A stretch of 64,000 nt of DNA from Tubiluchus corallicola (lineage: Eukaryota; Animalia; Priapulida), in assembly GCA_030141605.1 (NCBI GenBank), contig JAQGDQ010000570.1, forward strand, positions 74,575 to 138,574, read 5' to 3'. Position numbers and translations under genes: made by a program. A model generated the notes under the pieces. It was not told the origin of the DNA. It saw only the letters and a list, made by a program, of their open reading frames with translations, and did no database searches. Below are positions 62,713 through 64,000 of the stretch, piece after piece (the first letter of the stretch is position 1; each line of letters starts with the position of its first letter).

Positions 62713-64000
62713 TGTGTCTATTTTATTTTGTCGTTATGAATTGGAAACTGTCGATTTCCAACACTAGTTTCCAATACACTTATTTAACAGTAACATCATT
62801 TAAATTTTTCAGATTTCAATTAAGACCTAGTGGCAAATTATTTTCTACCAAAGTTAGCAGTTATGGATGCTGCAAGAGAAATTTTCTCCAATGGCGAACG
62901 AGATGTTCCTTCATCAAGCAACACCTGCGACTGTTCCGCACTCAGCGGAGTAAAGATGTTCCCACAAAAAAAGGTATATATTTAACTCTTTCACTACGTT
63001 ATTGCTTTTGCTTTATAACTGGGCCACATTTGACATTTACACATTTGACAGTAACTACTTGTGGTGTGTTAGTAAAACAGAACCTTATAAATAAACAAAT
63101 AGTTGTTCGTTACTGAGTACTAATATTAAATATTAGTTTTATTTTTACACATGCACACATATACATGCACGCACACACATGCGCACACACACACACATTG
63201 TGGGAGGGGTCAGTTGAAGGCAAGTGAGACCCAAAATACCATACAGTAAAGTACTGCGAAATGCACCTGGCTTCAGACGCTGATTGGCTGGTTAGCTTTA
63301 CTGGTTGCAACTACAATCCCATGGCTGTCTAACTTTTCTGCAATATTTTGCATGGCCGTAGCACTGAAATAAACAGACCTGAGTGACTGCGCTTAGTGCT
63401 GATCTTAAACAACAGTCTACTGTGTTCCGTCCCTTGCATGAAAAACATAGGCACCTTCTGTAGTGAAAGGGTTAAATATCATGTAGTAATAAAGTCTTTT
63501 CTTCAAGGGATTCTAAACTGTAATACAGCTTAACCTCAAAAAATTCGCTACCTTGATTTAAAGTGATTTCATCGAAAAAGTTTAAGCGGTACGCTTCACG
63601 AACTTCTGAAACTTAATTTGTAGTTTCAAAATTTCCTTATGGCTTGCACTAGGGTTAGCCCATGTCAATTCACCTACATTTTTAAGAACTTCCCAGGTGA
63701 CCTTCTAAGATTTGCTTGAAAAATTTTTCAAAAATACTTCAGTATTTGTGATGAGCGGATTTATGCGAAATTTTAGAGTTCATCTTCTCCTAGTTCTTGA
63801 CTTATTTTTTTTAAATAAAGTGCACAGGATTTGCTATTATTATTATTAACATAGTTTCTTTTCGGACACACATGTACAGTTAAGTTATATAAGTGGTTCA
63901 ATTAGAAGAAATTAGTAGACTCGCAGTAAAAGTAAAAATTGTGTTGCTGGCTATGTCAATTTTTACATTTCTATAGTTCATGTTATTCATACAGATACCA

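Overview
AT-rich, repeat-dense eukaryotic DNA from an invertebrate animal with motile cilia; the species cannot be named from the sequence alone. Four protein-coding genes can be supported. (1) The last exon of a CD225/dispanin membrane protein (+, 1581-1799). (2) A 3-exon GDP-mannose 4,6-dehydratase, GMDS (-, 14570 to 10778, 362 aa). (3) A complete axonemal dynein heavy chain, DNAH6-type, whose 4091-aa CDS is one 12.3-kb exon (-, 30512 to 18237), with a probable 5'-UTR intron and an RFX X-box upstream. (4) A 4-exon, 159-aa, probably GPI-anchored Ly6/uPAR/Quiver-type three-finger protein (-, 50861 to 44224), mostly missed by the ORF track. The rest is hAT, piggyBac, Kolobok-like and pogo-like MITEs, RTE/CR1/L2-type LINE relics, tRNA-derived SINEs, LTR-like pieces and satellites. 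Most notable: the intronless dynein; a twister-ribozyme core heading an internally deleted RTE element; hammerhead-like motifs, two of them in the arms of a 300-bp palindrome just past the Ly6 stop codon; and a 37-bp satellite with an inverted arm just upstream of GMDS. There is no CRISPR array and no prokaryotic system. All family assignments come from motif recognition by eye, not database searches.
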